DNA of 56,049 nucleotides, filler included, from Sphacelaria rigidula (GCA_964200075.2; 4 parts of 4 records of this genome joined end to end with filler, not necessarily neighbours in it); one strand, 5' to 3'. Counted from the first letter of the whole stretch, positions 12,651-25,603 are shown. Notes: generated by a model from the sequence alone, not told the origin. Numbers and translations: made by a program.

Positions 12651-13941
12651 CCATAAATTTATACCTGGCTGTCCCCGACACGTGATACCCTGTCCAAATT
12701 CACACGCGTGAACCTGTTTTTTCCGGTTATATTGCTGCTCCCTTCGTTCTCCTTCCCCTTTATGTTTTCGTTCGCTATCGTTATACTGGCGAAGCGCGAA
12801 TGCCATTTTAGCCGAAGCGAGTAGGAACGATGCTCAGCAGCTGTGGGTACAAGCTGAAGTTTGGCACCACAGCAAGAGTAGCCACCGCTCACCAGTAACA
12901 GTGTTACTGGGCACCGGAGCAGGGGGGGGGAGTTATGCATCGAAACAGTGGTGAAGGTTGTTGGTTACGTGGGATAATATAGCAAATAAGTTGCAACGGC
13001 AGGGAGCAGAAATTTTGAGGTCCGCTAACCCTAGTAACAGTAAGATACCTTAGATGAAAATTCTAGAGTCAGCGGCATTTCCTATTATTTTTCGCACGAA
13101 AGATAGGTTTATAAAGGTATGGGTCCGGGTAGTCCATGGATTACCGTATGCATTTATTCCGGCTGCGAGTTTCTTCAGGAAAACAAGAGCATTTATCTCT
13201 CGAAGGGCGATTGAGATTGCGGCCTTCGCCGTAGGCGCCGTGAGTCCGGTGTGTGTCTAACAGTCCCTCGAAACTCGGAGCTGTTGACACCGACCACCCC
13301 ACCAACTAAGGAGAGTTGGCAACTTTGAAAGTCTTCCGTGCTGTCAAGCCAAGCGCGCTTGGTGACGACTCGACAGTAAGGTTGCCTGGTTGGAGCGAAC
13401 TGGCAGCATCGAATGAAGTGTGGAAAAGCCTTGGAGTGGCGTGACAGGACGATGCTACGCTACAGTGGCTGCTGTATCCCACGGAAGACGGCGGTCAACA
13501 ATATCAAGGACTTCTCCGGAATGGATTAGATCGTTTCTGCACGGTGTTCGAATTCCCTACGTGGTCTAAGCCGGCGGAGCGGTCTACAAGACAGCGGAAC
13601 CCCCCGGGCGGGATGGAATCGTTCCTGCGCGGTGTTGACGTGCCCTACGCGGTCTAACACAGCAGGACGGTTATCAAGATCGACAGCTACACCAAGAAGC
13701 CGAATATTCGGGAAGATTGACATGGTAGCGCGGCGATCCATCGTGTGTACCACGTTCAGTCCCAGGGTTTTTCAATGCTAGGACTGAGGGAGGGTGTTAC
13801 GGATCGCGGCGTGACGGGGTGAATTGAGATTGTACGATGATGAGCCGTCGGTTTCAAAACGACACTACGCCCGGAGGGCTGATTGCGGGAACTGGCTAGT
13901 ACCGTGATCAGGGGTGAAGGCGGTGTAATCCGTCAAAAGAC

Positions 13942-14041
13942 NNNNNNNNNNNNNNNNNNNNNNNNNNNNNNNNNNNNNNNNNNNNTTAATTAATTAANNN
14001 NNNNNNNNNNNNNNNNNNNNNNNNNNNNNNNNNNNNNNNNN
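13942..14041. other. Artificial contig spacer N44-TTAATTAATTAA-N44
   Basis: Exactly 100 nt. The central 12-mer gives stops in all six frames and is identical at all three spacers. Confidence 0.97.
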
Positions 14042-15249
14042 AATACGTTTTAAAAACTCCCCCAATCCCCCCGGCGCCACCCCCCCCCCCCCCCCCCACG
14101 CCCCCCCAATGGTCTGATGAATATGGCATGCATGATCATGAGTACACCCCCAACCCCCCCGCCCACTCGGCGATTTTCTCTTGTGTTCGCATACCGCAGC
14201 AGTGCCACAGCCCAGGTCCTCACAGCCCCCTACTTCCCCCCACATATCGACGATTAGAGCCAACTTACACAACGCATCGGTACGCTTACAAGAGCAGCAC
14301 ACCAAGTCTTGGGGCACCAAAACATCCGATATGGGCATCAACGACGTCAAATAATTGACACCCGTCATCACCGATAGAAGTATGACGACCGCGCCCCCCG
14401 CTTCCCATGCCCCAAGACGTAGCATGTTGATATGAGTACAGTAGCCCGTTATGTACGACAGTCAACTCCAACCGTCACGGTTCGTCGGGAGTTGTGGTCT
14501 ATGGCAATGGGGCACATGAAAACACTCACAAAAATATGAGTCACGAATGACGGTTGGATCATTGCCGGAAATCATCCCATTGAATCGAGCAAAAATATCC
14601 ACGTGAGAGTTTACGAGACTTCCGTCAAGTTTCTATCCTTGATGACATACAAAAAACTCGGCGCTAGGTCGGAATAGGTCCTCCTGATTCGGATCTTCAG
14701 AGGGCTGACAGACTCAGGTGCCTCTATCATGGGTGGGGGGCGAATCTGAGCAAATCGGTACCGTAGGCGCCGATTCCAGCCTTTTCAGCTCGCATCTTGC
14801 CTAGGTCACTACATTCACGCGGGGGTTCGCGGTATGCCTCCGGTTGGAATCAATTTTCCGGCTGGAGCTAGGCTTCGGGAAATTTACACCACGGATAATT
14901 GCTAGTCTACCCATGATAACGATAGGTGGTGAATTAAAAACGGTTGAATAGAAGTACAGTCAGTAAGATTCGGGCTGCCTTGCGTCATCCTGAAGTTACT
15001 CCCGAGGCACCGGAGAGTCGCACGGGTGTATGTGCGTGCTCGCGACGACAGCACTCGGGAGGGGATCCGGCACGCGCGACAAATACGGGAGGTACAGCAG
15101 TAGTATCATACGCTGATTCAGGTTCGGAGGAAACGCGCTTGCGATCACCAGTGGTATCATTACTTCGTACGCCCAAAGCAAGTTTCAACTGGACGCACGC
15201 ATTCGTACGTACCGCGGAGAAACAGATGACACAGCAGGTGCGCTAGATT

Positions 15250-15700
15250 CGACGAGAAAAATGTCGTGTGTGTCGCTCGATTACGATGAAACAGGCGACT
15301 CATAACACGTCAGCCAGGCACCGACAACGTCCAAGCTTAGCAAGGATGGGTGAGTTTTACACACCGGAGGGAAGATATTTTTATCACATTTCCTGCTTCT
15401 TGTTCTCCTGTATCGACTATTGTTCTATTACAATATCCCCGCTTGTTCTTTCAAATTTAGTTTTGAGCTGGTTTGAGTCACAAGCTTCTCGCACGAACTC
15501 TGCCATGACTTTGTCAACCCCGTCCATGAAAAGACTATGATTCGAAACCTGGTTCGTTCTACCATTCTCATGCCTAACTCCCATCCTGTAGAGGGAGGTG
15601 GCTCGGCCGTGTTCATCTACGCGCAGTCTCTTTGCCTTGTCGTTACACATAACCTCCACTGATTATACAGACTGTTTAACTATAATGCAGACAGTATCTC
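15250..15700 (-). pseudogene. Degenerate Ty3/Gypsy integrase fragment
   Basis: Minus-strand frames give LYRMGVRH..NGRTNQV and MVERT (like LGIxH...NGxVERxN), then SGDIV (like the FxxGDxV motif before GPY/F). Interrupted by stops. Confidence 0.35.
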
Positions 15701-16203
15701 AGTCAGCTCACCTTGGCGTGTATCGGCGTACCGTAATCGTGAAGTTCTAAATCGGCGGGGGGTACGCTGAAGGGCTACGATGATAGTTGTGCTACCTTGG
15801 TGATCTATGTGGTTCGCTTTGGTGTTGTTCACAGGCTGCCTGTCAGTACGTCTTGACGACGCTCCATCGTTGTGGTTGGCTGCCCCCCGAGGACGCGCAT
15901 TCCCGCGACGTGTTGGCAGTCAGTGCACCAATGGAATGTCTCTCCGTGATGATGACAGCCTCTTTTTTTGAAAAAAGGTGTGTTATTTATAGTCTCTTGA
16001 CCAGAAAAAGATACACATGTGGAAAATTTTAAAATTCTCCGTTCCCTTGTTTTTCGTTCACATTAGCTCAGGAAAATACCAGTTCCCGTGACCGACCGCT
16101 CCCATAGCTCGGCAGTCTTGGTGTGGGCTACACCGAACAGGAAAGGAGAGGGATTTCATGTTGCAGAGATCATTTGGCGTATGTCATAGAAACACCATAT
16201 GCT

Positions 16204-19200
16204 ATGAGGTGCGGTCGTAGGGATAGATCATCGGACAGATTGATACGGACGACCCGAAAACATCCAGCTGCAGCTGCTTCATGCGCAGCACACACTGTTC
16301 GCACACCCCTTGTGGCGTCCGGACTACTGGTATTAGCTGTCGGCACCAATGCATTACAAGGTGATCTTCCTCTACTTATGACCTCGGTAGCCTTCCAGTT
16401 GTCTCCATTCAAGATAGGATTCAGTGGGACGGCCTTGTCGCGACCATTTCTACAGCCAACGTCATTGAACAGGGTGTCAACCAGCCGACATAACCTTCAT
16501 TGCGCCGCATCCGTTACAGCACGAGATACGCCGCCTTCTCCTGTACCTCTAGACTCCGTCGTAGCTGAGCTACGAAAGCGGATTCTCGATGCTCCCGACG
16601 CTTTACCAAAAAATGAGGAGGCTCAGCAAGACGCCGAAAGATTCCTTCAGAGGGAAACGCATCGCTTCGAGATGGATAGCGAAGGTAACATACTCGGGGG
16701 TGTGGATCAGGGTCGCCAGCTTGCAGAGGAATTGGCTCGCGAAACTGCTGTGGTTGTGCGGGTAATTTGCCCCGTGGGGGGGCAGTCGTTGGTGAAGCTC
16801 GGTAGCGCGGCGGAGGCTCTGCTTGGTGAGACTCGCACGACTGAAGAGAAGGAGAGTGCATTCGGTATCATGCGTGAGCATGATTGCGGTGGTGTGGCGG
16901 GCTATGCCGGGGGTGAGAACTACGGTGACGACCAGTTTCTGGAAACCCGCGGCCGCGGTGGAGATGTCATTGTGCCGGTACTGGACAAGGAGAAATCATC
17001 GTGCGTGAACGCCGGGAGGGTCAGTGATCGGCTGAAGGCCTTGCTTCTTTGTATTTGCTCATATTTAGTCCCGATACTAGTGACCCCATTGCTCACATTC
17101 AGGTGGACTTGGCATCGATGACGTCATTCCTCGTCGTCGCCGAGACAGTAGCCCGGTGCCCGATGCTACAGGGCACGGGGAACTTTGAGAGTGTATGTTC
17201 GGATGCATCGCCTCTTGATGCAACATCTTAGTACTTCTGCCTCTTTTTTTTTTTGTGGTTTTGCTCAACGACGTGAGGCTCGACCGTGTTCCTTTTTCAT
17301 ACGCCGTTCTTAATCCGTTGACCGCCAGGGTGGGTCATACGGTTCTTACTTTCATTTTTTCGAGTTATATCGACATAGTGTACCGGTCTAGCAGATCACC
17401 CACCCTGACGATTGAGGGGTGGATGCAGCTTGCACCCCCCCCCCCCCCCCCCATTTTTCTGTAAAAAAGATGATATGCAACTTTTGCAGACAAAACAAAA
17501 TGCTATGCACTGCATTTTACGCAAGAATGGAAGAGGTGACCCTGCTTTTCATGCCTAAGAGCGGCCGTAAGAATATTGTTCTCTTTTCACTCCCACGTCC
17601 ACCCCCTGTGCGAATCTCAATGCCCAGAGGATTTTGTCCAAGATCACGTCAGGCGTCCTGCGAGCAGTTGTGCGATGGAAGCTCCCAGGGCTTGATCCAG
17701 CTGATTTCCTTGAGCTAGTAGACGATGGGGAGGGAGAAGGACAAGTAGGTAGCAGTGGGTCAGACGGGTTCGCCCTTGGGAGGCTATCATCTACCCCACT
17801 TCGAATGTGCCGCTACGCCGGGAAGGACGGAGTGGCTTTCGGTGAGCATTGTTGTCATGAGCGATCGTGTCGAACATAAGAAGTAGGGTAGTGTAGCGGG
17901 AGATCATACATCTAAATAGCTGAACCCACCTTAGAGAAAACAAACGGAACGAACTCGTGATGGCGTGGGGTGCTGCCTTTGGTGCATGGTCACAGACGAT
18001 ATTACGGGGCCAAACTATCGACGTGTGTGTGCTGCTGTCCAAACGCATCCCTGATAGCGCTTGCGTTTTTTTTGCGCATGTCGCAGATTTTGTAGATTGT
18101 TACGGCAACATACTGTGCCCGCGAGGCAGAGGTATCATATATATAGAGGTCACCTCGTATCCCACGAAAGTACTTCCCTGTCGCAGGATGCTAGGCCCAT
18201 GTCAAATTTCGACCAAGAGTATGGCTCTCAACCACACGCACACTCCGGTATTCTTTCCAGAAATAGATCAAAATGCATGACCTTGACGATAATCACTTGG
18301 ACGTCTTTCTTCCTTCACCATCTCCTGCTCAGGGGCGCACACGGACACAACCTTCTTGACTGTTATTCCGTGTGCGTCGGCCCCGGGATTGGAAATCCTT
18401 CAACCGACCACGGGTAAGTGGATCCGACCCGAGGCCGCAGGCGACACCATGCCGGGTGCAGACGTGATGCTCCTGGCCGGCGAACTCCTCCAAGTTCTCG
18501 GCCAGGGCGAATACCAAGCCGCCGTTCACAGGGTAGTCCGTCCGCTTGGCCTGCAAGAGCCGCGGGTTTCGACCCCGTTATTGGTGAGGGGAATTCCGCA
18601 CGTTGCTGTCCACGATACCATGCTCCCGGCTTCGCTGTCGGTCGGGGCGGCCACAGGGGCACGGGTGTTACCTACTGACGGAGCGGAGGATACGGCGACA
18701 GCCACGGAACTATCGCAAGGGATCACCATGAGAGATTTGTGGGAAGCTTTGCAGTTTAGAGCGGCGCCGTCAGATGACACCCCGCTGGCGAGGTCGCACG
18801 TGGGATGGGAAAAGGAATTACGACGTGATTTTGCACCGTTTGCTCCGAAGGGGCTGAGCGTGCTTAGCGTAGATCCGCTGTTGGTGAGGTTAAATGGGTT
18901 TGCGTCTCCCGCAATGTGTGAAGAGATTATTGCGCTAGGGGCAGGCAGCATGTCGGAGTCCAAGACGTGGGGAGGCGCGGATTCCCAGGACGAATCAATT
19001 GGAGTTAGGAAGAGCAGCACTACTTGGGTCGCGGATAGCTCTCTCCCGCTGTTGGACGGGCTGACGGCGAGGGTGAGCGCTCTCTCCGGTCTACCACCTA
19101 CCTTTATGGAGAAGTGGCAGGTGAGGTTTGACATTCTCGAATGAGGCTACGGTATGCAGGCTGTCGCCTCATCCATTAAGTTTGCGTCCTTCCGTTTTTC

Positions 19201-20029
19201 TATGGTTCCGCGGTTCGTCCATCGCTTCATCTGGTATGGTTATTATTTTCAAGAGGAAGCCATACTTCACACCTGGGTAGACTGTGTTGCCAAGCACGGA
19301 CCGACTCACCAGCTCTTCCACAGGGAGTACGGGACTGTCGCCAGTTGCTTCGCATTTTTGTTCCTGGTTCTCCTGCTCTGCTTTGAGTAGGAATTTTATT
19401 GCTTTGTGGAGGTGCATGGGATTGCTCACCCTCACTTTTTGACCCCCGGCCGTAGTGGGTGTCCGTCCATATCCGTCAAAGAGCATTGCCCGCAACTCAG
19501 TGACAGCGGCCATACATGGGATCCACCAGCTTATTCGGTCAAGACCTCATATTAACTTACGTACCAGAAATACATTTCCTTCTCTCGACGCCGCAACGCA
19601 CACACCGTGGATCAGGTTGCGCGGTACAAACCACAGGGATTCTTCAACCTACACACGGACCACGTCCCTTCGTTCAACAACCTGATATGCGGCGGCCGTC
19701 TGGGCACCCTTATCCTGTACCTCAACGACGGCTTCTCAGGTGGCCACACTGAGTTTCCCAAACTGGGCGTGTCCGTCGAGCCTGCAGCAGGGGATGCGAT
19801 CTACTTTCACAGCGTTTTGTTGCCCGTGGAGAGAGAAGACGCCTACGGCATGAAAGTCGATGAGCGAAGTGCTCACGCGGGATTACCCGTGCAAGACGGA
19901 GAAAAGTGGATAGCCACGAAATGGATACATCCATTGCCGTATCCGAACGGCAAGCAGGGTCCTGAGACCCGCCGGCAGGCAGGGTGGGATGAAGCAGGAC
20001 CGGTGCGCGCAGAGGATGGTGCACCATGA
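16204..20029 (+). CDS. Tandem 2OG-Fe(II) dioxygenase: IPNS/DIOX-like domain fused to a prolyl 4-hydroxylase-like domain
   Basis: Exons ~16204-17019, 17628-17841, 18333-19120 and 19616-20029 join in phase 0/1/0; the start codon and exon-2 acceptor are uncertain. Domain 1: LRMCRY...FGAHTDTTFLTVIP...PGLEI...AGELLQVL...AAVHRVV...RVSTP. Domain 2: LSVDPLLVRLNGFAS...RKSSTTW...WQVARYKPQGFFNLHTDH...RLGTLILYLND...GGHTEFP...AHAGLPVQDGEKWIATKWIH. Confidence 0.85.
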
Positions 20030-20907
20030 TCAAGTGGGATAGATTTTGTGTGCAAATTCCTGTGTGGAGATGGTGACGCTTCGTGTGCTTCATGTGCACG
20101 GTGTTGCCCTGGACTGTGCTTGCGAGGTTCACTCATGTATTTGACGAGCGGGTCTGTGAAGGGGTAGAGCCGGGGGGCGTCGTTCGGGTGTTTTTCATTC
20201 TTGCTCAGCGTGCTGTGTCCCGGAGTTTATGAAAATCGATAGATCATTATTAGAATATAGATGGCAGATGAAACCGTGGTCTATGCAAGGATCGAGAGAG
20301 GCCTTCTTTTTCATGTCGAATAGAGGAACACTACGTACAGTACTTGCACACCCAGAGACTTGCTTCATTCCAGCGTATTTAAGGTGATGTGCGAGGTGAA
20401 CATATGTCACAAATCCAGCCTTCGAATTTCAAGATAGTGCATTGCAGGTACCATCCGCGGCCCCCGGGGGCTAGTTCATGTGACCTGTTCCGCTGCGGGT
20501 CACCGAGTAGTACGACAAGTTCGTTGTGTTCTGAAACAGTTCATCCCTGGATCTCGCCCGTGTTGACCGCGGCCGATACGTCGCCATTGAAGGGAACAGA
20601 CACCAAAAATATGGTACTCGGCGGCAACGGGATACTCGCCGACACTTAAAGCAGAGAGGACTGTCTGTGAAAAGATAAAAAGTCCCATCCGCTGCAGCAA
20701 CGCTACAAGCATCCCTTGCGAAGACTTGGTTGCTATTCCAGCTCGACGTCGTTTGGGCATCGATGTGTATGCTTCCAGGTTTCCATGACTATGCATCACG
20801 CGAAACCGATCGATAACTCGAATCTATTTTGACTCTATTACAATTGCAGCTACATAGGAATGCTGTACAACCGCATCCTTTGCCCACGACCATGCCTACC
20901 CTAAATC

Positions 20908-20951
<44 letters not shown>

Positions 20952-21915
20952 CCACACCCCAAAACAAAACACACGCCCCAACCATTGGCCCGCGGGGCGA
21001 AACAAAAATATCNNNNNNNNNNCCAAATACAATTGCCGCCACAAAGGAATGCCGTCAAACCGCATCCTTTGCCCACGACCATGCCTACCCTAAATCCCCC
21101 CCCCCCCCCCCACTCCTCCTCAACCCCACCGTCTTTTCTCAACAAGCAAAATATACTCATCGGGCAATAGCTTTGAGCACGCGGTAAAAATCCATCTAAT
21201 AATCCCCATTTATGAGATACTTCTGTTTCACACTGTGTGGCAACACGCGGGACTCGTGCATCATTTCCGCAATTAATAACAAACAGGAGTAGGGGATAGA
21301 CGGGGATGAGACACATGACGAAAGCCGCTTCATACACAACAGCCCAGACCACATCCATGTAGAACCAACCGATGTCTACTCATGCTCGCCTAGCGCCGAC
21401 GTCACGATTGGCCCATATAATACCTCCTCACTTCTCCTCGAGCAGCACTGAAACACAAACGCCGACTCTTCGCATGTACCACCGGTCATTTCGCTGCCGA
21501 ACTAAAATATTATAGCCGTGAGATCTGGCGCAAAAGGGCAAACCTTTCAATCGTCGTGAAATTTGCCTGAAACTCGTTCGGTGGAATATCTTAGCCTGAA
21601 GTGATTCACGAGACTTCAAGTGGCAAAAAACTATGTGGAGTCACGAAAGCAACTGTCCGCCCGCACGGCACCTCAACCTCCGGTACGCACCGCACTCCAC
21701 GGCAATATCATCAACATAGGAGTGACACTCGATGGCAGGACGCACACATGGCGTATCATATAGACACCTACACCATCCCGTAAATTAAACCGCAGAAGAC
21801 AGACCTCCATCATACCAAAGCAGGTGGCGGTAGATCGGCTGAAGAGCGTTCACTTTGTTTTTCAAACGCCAAAACAACGAGCTGTAACGGTCATACGTTA
21901 ACTGAACGAAGGCGT

Positions 21916-24900
21916 TCAAGCATCCTCGAAGGCGGGACCAGACAACGGCTCGTTGTTCAAGTCCAGGATGTCATCCTCCTTCCCCGGCAACGACACAAGC
22001 TCCACCGTGTATTCAACGGTGGCACCGGGGGGAATCCTGCCGGAACAAAAGAGAGAAAGGGGTCGTCGACAAAAAACAAGAAACGACGTTCTTAAGGTTG
22101 ACACAGCCACCGTCTACGAGGGAGAGGCCAGTCGACGAGTTCAGTTTGACCTATGCTCTCACGACCTTGAGGGGATTAGAGGACTTTCGGTGCGCAACGA
22201 TGAAATTGTAGAAGGAGCACATTCCCAACGTTCCTGGGGCCATGTAATTCCGACCCCCCTACGACATGTTCACGAGAGGTCATCCCCCGGTGCTACCAGT
22301 TTGTCAGCTCTATGGTGTCCCGGAGACACTCAGTACTTCATGTGCTCTGTGCTCCACACCCGCGAGCTCAGACTCAGCAAGATGACGGAAGATCTACAGC
22401 TCCCGCGACAGCTTGTCTCACGGAGGAGCTTGGGTAATGGTCGCATCTGGCGCCGACTGTAGGGCACGAACAAACTAAATCAAATCTCGAGTTCGAAGAG
22501 GCGCTCCCTCACTAGCAACCGCACGAGGGGAGGGTGATACGATAGACTGCTTGCTCCGTCCAAAACATAAATGTAAAAGTAGGTCAGTAGTCGTGTTGCC
22601 TCTGTGAAGGACCGCAGAAACGGAAAACAAGTACATCCCACATTCTAAGTGAAACCTGCAGTCATGGCTAACCAGCACCCAGAGAGCTTGGGACGCGCGC
22701 AATACTATTCGGCAACACCGACACTAATATAGGTGGAAGGCTGCCGTGGGAAACGTGACACACGTTCAACATGGGCGAAGCCTAGACAAAATGAGTTGGC
22801 CTGTAGAAACTCAAATTTTCAACGAAGCATGTTCATCGGGGGGAGCCAAGTTCCTGTGGAATGCCTGCCTCCTCTCTACTCTTCGCCTTGCTTTGGTTAT
22901 ATTTTCAGATATGTACAGGTCAGGTGATGACCATGTAGCAGCATATCCGACCCTACTCCAATCACGTATAGTTCTTGTGCTGTCATATATCCACCATTGT
23001 ATTGGCAATGCTGTTTATTTGAGAACAGTGCCATCGAAGACAGTAGACTGGTGCTTCAATGTCGCAGGATGGGAAATTAAAATACGAGGTTCACAGCAGA
23101 CACAAGACACTGTAGTACATGAACAAGGCAAAACCGAGACAATCTCCTTTTCCCAGCGCTTGAGGTCCATAGGGTAGGGGAGGGGTGCGCCGCTACCACT
23201 GATCAACTGTCACCACAGCGTGTCATATTTCACTGAGGTTATTTGCCTGGTTTCGGCGACAAGGATGAAGGAGGAGCAATTGTCGACGGACGGGTTAGGT
23301 CTGGTTGAGCCCCCTGGACGAGAAACATAGTACAGACCAGAACCAGAGTGCATAACGAAGGAGGAAGTGTTTCATCAGGGGAAGGAAGCAGGGGGGGAAC
23401 TGTTAGGGATCATGGACATCGGGGAGGATGGGCGGTTGGTTCAGCCATGGACGCTGGTGAGGACAGATGGGAGCGTCCGGAGGTGAACTTCGAAGAGGAC
23501 CTTGCAGCGGAGAAGAGCAGAGCAGGCAGCTAATTTTCGTTGAGGGCGGAATATTATCTTCTGTTGGGTTTCTAATGTAGTTGTTTGTTGTGGATATCAC
23601 GTACAGATGGTATCCCATATTTTAATGGTTCAACATAGCACACTCTGAACAGATTCCGTTTTTTGCTGATAGCGCTATGCCATGTGTAGGCTAGACACGC
23701 CCTGTCTTTTGTGATTCCATGACGATGCTACTTGACCAGAACCCGAGGGTGATCATGGTTCCTCGATATCCCTCCTCGTTGCCATCGGGTCGTCCGTTGT
23801 TCTTCTTGTCATTTTCGGACCTTCCTATCTAACGTTGTTCAGTCTCCGGTGCGCAGGCTCTGTAGAGGATCTCGTTCAACAACACTCTACAGTAGTCAGC
23901 GTCAGAAGTATGCAGAATTCGCAATTTCTTAGTTTCTCAAAGATTTTCCGAATTCGTTTCGCTCGCCACCGCTCATCACAGTGACTGTTGCATGCCAAAA
24001 AATTGGGCATCTCGAGATATTCTATTCATTATAACAAATGTTGATAGAAAAAATATCCGCGATCAATATTGAGTGACTTACGGGCTTGACCGATCTTCGG
24101 GGGTCCTGCAAAAGTGCAACCCCAGATTCTAGCTTTTCGGTATTTTTGGTGGATCGACTCGATCCCGATCATACAAGTGAAGACTCGAAAATGATCAAAA
24201 TTTTGGAATTCCTCCTATTCACCGCGCTCAAGCCGGAAAACTATGTTTCTTGGACCATCTACGGTCATTAACACCTTCCTGATAAACGGTGTCTTTACTC
24301 CGTATCGCTCCCACAACACCAACTTGGGCATTGTGTTTTGAGCACGGTCTGCTCATTTTGCCAAGCTATCGACGCCAGCACTTTCGAGTGCCCATGGAAA
24401 ATGTTGTGCGAAAAAAAACGAAAAGACGCCATCCGCAGAAAATGCTGGATTGAGGTCTGTGCAGTATAGGAGGGAAACACGATCTCGATCGTTATCGTAA
24501 AGATTTGTTCACGTACTTCATCTGAAAATTTACCGTTTCGTTGCGGAAAAGCCGGCAAACTCCTTGCACTGGACCAAAAACGGTCAACAACACGCTCCTG
24601 ATACACGGGGTATCTGGTCCGTATCGCCCCCAAAACACCATCCTGGGCACTGAAGTTTGAGCGCGGCCCACGCTTTCTCCCCAAATCTACTGGCGCTAGC
24701 ACTTTAAAGCAGTAATGAAGAATAGTACTCGAGAAAAACTCAGAGACTACAACAACTACGAATTCTGGAAACTTCTGATGCTAACTACTAGAGACAGTAG
24801 ACATATATATATATATATATATATTCGACAGTTTTGATAATCGGCTCACTCGCTGTTACTACTCTATATATATATACCAGTACGTGGCAAAGTAGTCGGG

Positions 24901-25603
24901 GAGGTCACACGCGGGGACTCTTTGAACTCCATTAGGTCTCCTGTAGTTCAATCGGTCTTACACGCATCTATTGTAGTGTAGCTGCCCTTTTTTCGTGTAG
25001 ATGTTTTGTTTCTTGCCTTCCTCTGCGGGTGTTCGAGTTGTGGGCATGGGTGGTGTGCTAATTGCACTCTGTGACCACGGGTTCGAGAGATCGAGCTAAT
25101 GTGGCGGATATAATAATAATAAAATAAAAATTGCGGTCATCGGCAGGGGTTGCACAGGCACATTCCTCAGTTCCTCCTCCCCTCTTCCCCCCTGCTTCTT
25201 TTAGCCTTGTATAACTATCGTACGCAAATGAAAAAGATCACGAAAGGGCATTCCGCGAGAAGCAGTACCAGTAACATGGGTGATGCAACGTAAATAGAAG
25301 ATTCGTCCGGTGAACTCATATTTCGCTCAATTTTTTCTGCGGCAGGTGCAGGTGCATTGGATCCAACGCCCAAGAATTCGTAGATCTAGTTACTCAACCA
25401 ACGATCATCAATTTGTTCAACCCTTGAAATATTCCAGCTACGAAAAAACGACCAAAATGTCGAAGACAAATCGAAGGAGAAACGACGCACCTAGGTCTTC
25501 CGGGGCTGGGCGGACGCCCCTTGTTGCCGAACGCCAGATCCGGCGGGCACGTGAGCTCCCACTTGTCGCCAACGCGCATCTGCAGCAGCGCCTCTTCAAC
25601 GCC
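21916..25603 (-). CDS. FKBP-type peptidyl-prolyl cis-trans isomerase, C-terminal two exons
   Basis: Exons 25603-25491 (GVEEALLQMRVGDKWELTCPPDLAFGNKGRPPSPGRPR) and 22036-21916 (IPPGATVEYTVELVSLPGKEDDILDL...stop) join in phase 2 across a GT-AG intron. They match the FKBP signature GxEExLxxMxVG...PPxLAFG...IPPxAT.VEL. Confidence 0.85.
23890..24790. mobile_element. Diverged Tc1/mariner(pogo)-like non-autonomous element in the FKBP intron
   Basis: Imperfect ~45-bp TIRs: CAGTAGTCAGCGTCAGAAGTATGCAGAATTCG versus the reverse complement of CGAATTCTGGAAACTTCTGATGCTAACTACTA. TA precedes the left end. Confidence 0.55.
24880..25125 (+). mobile_element. Putative SINE or LINE 3' fragment with a (TAA)n tail
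   Basis: Non-coding block next to (TA)n that ends ...CTAATGTGGCGGATATAATAATAAT. Similar simple-repeat-tailed ends occur at 40243-40290 (minus) and ~47300. Confidence 0.3.

Larger units (their letters stand above)
7981..13941 (+). mobile_element. Non-autonomous LTR retrotransposon (LARD-like); the 3' LTR is cut by the contig end
   Basis: 7981-8127 matches 13795-13941 with 1 mismatch in 147 nt, and both start TGTTAC. The 5' LTR plausibly ends TTTACA at 8153, followed by a TGG-starting putative PBS at 8156. Polypurine tract GAGGGAGGG (13786-13794) abuts the 3' LTR. No gag/pol ORF lies between. Confidence 0.8.

Noticed and set aside
11881-12806. Long overlapping ORFs (192, 194 and 144 aa) with repeat peptides
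   Set aside because: They are open on both strands because of the 81-bp periodicity. There is no domain or splice evidence.
13986-13997. Palindromic TTAATTAATTAA
   Set aside because: Synthetic six-frame-stop linker inside N padding.
17103-17155. Possible extra exon VDLASMTSFLVVAETVAR in the dioxygenase gene
   Set aside because: It is spliceable (to 17630) but not required. The direct 17019-17628 join is in frame and reads well. Unresolved without RNA data.
18526-19134. 202-aa minus-strand ORF
   Set aside because: Antisense shadow of the dioxygenase exon.
20840-21115. Duplicated segment and poly-Pro (extensin/formin-like) ORF 20829-21170 next to the P4H-like gene
   Set aside because: Tempting as a P4H substrate, but it derives from a C homopolymer and a duplication across a 10-N gap.
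23280-23540. Purine-rich ORF-like stretch in the FKBP intron
   Set aside because: Possibly a LINE tail, but the similarity is too weak to call.
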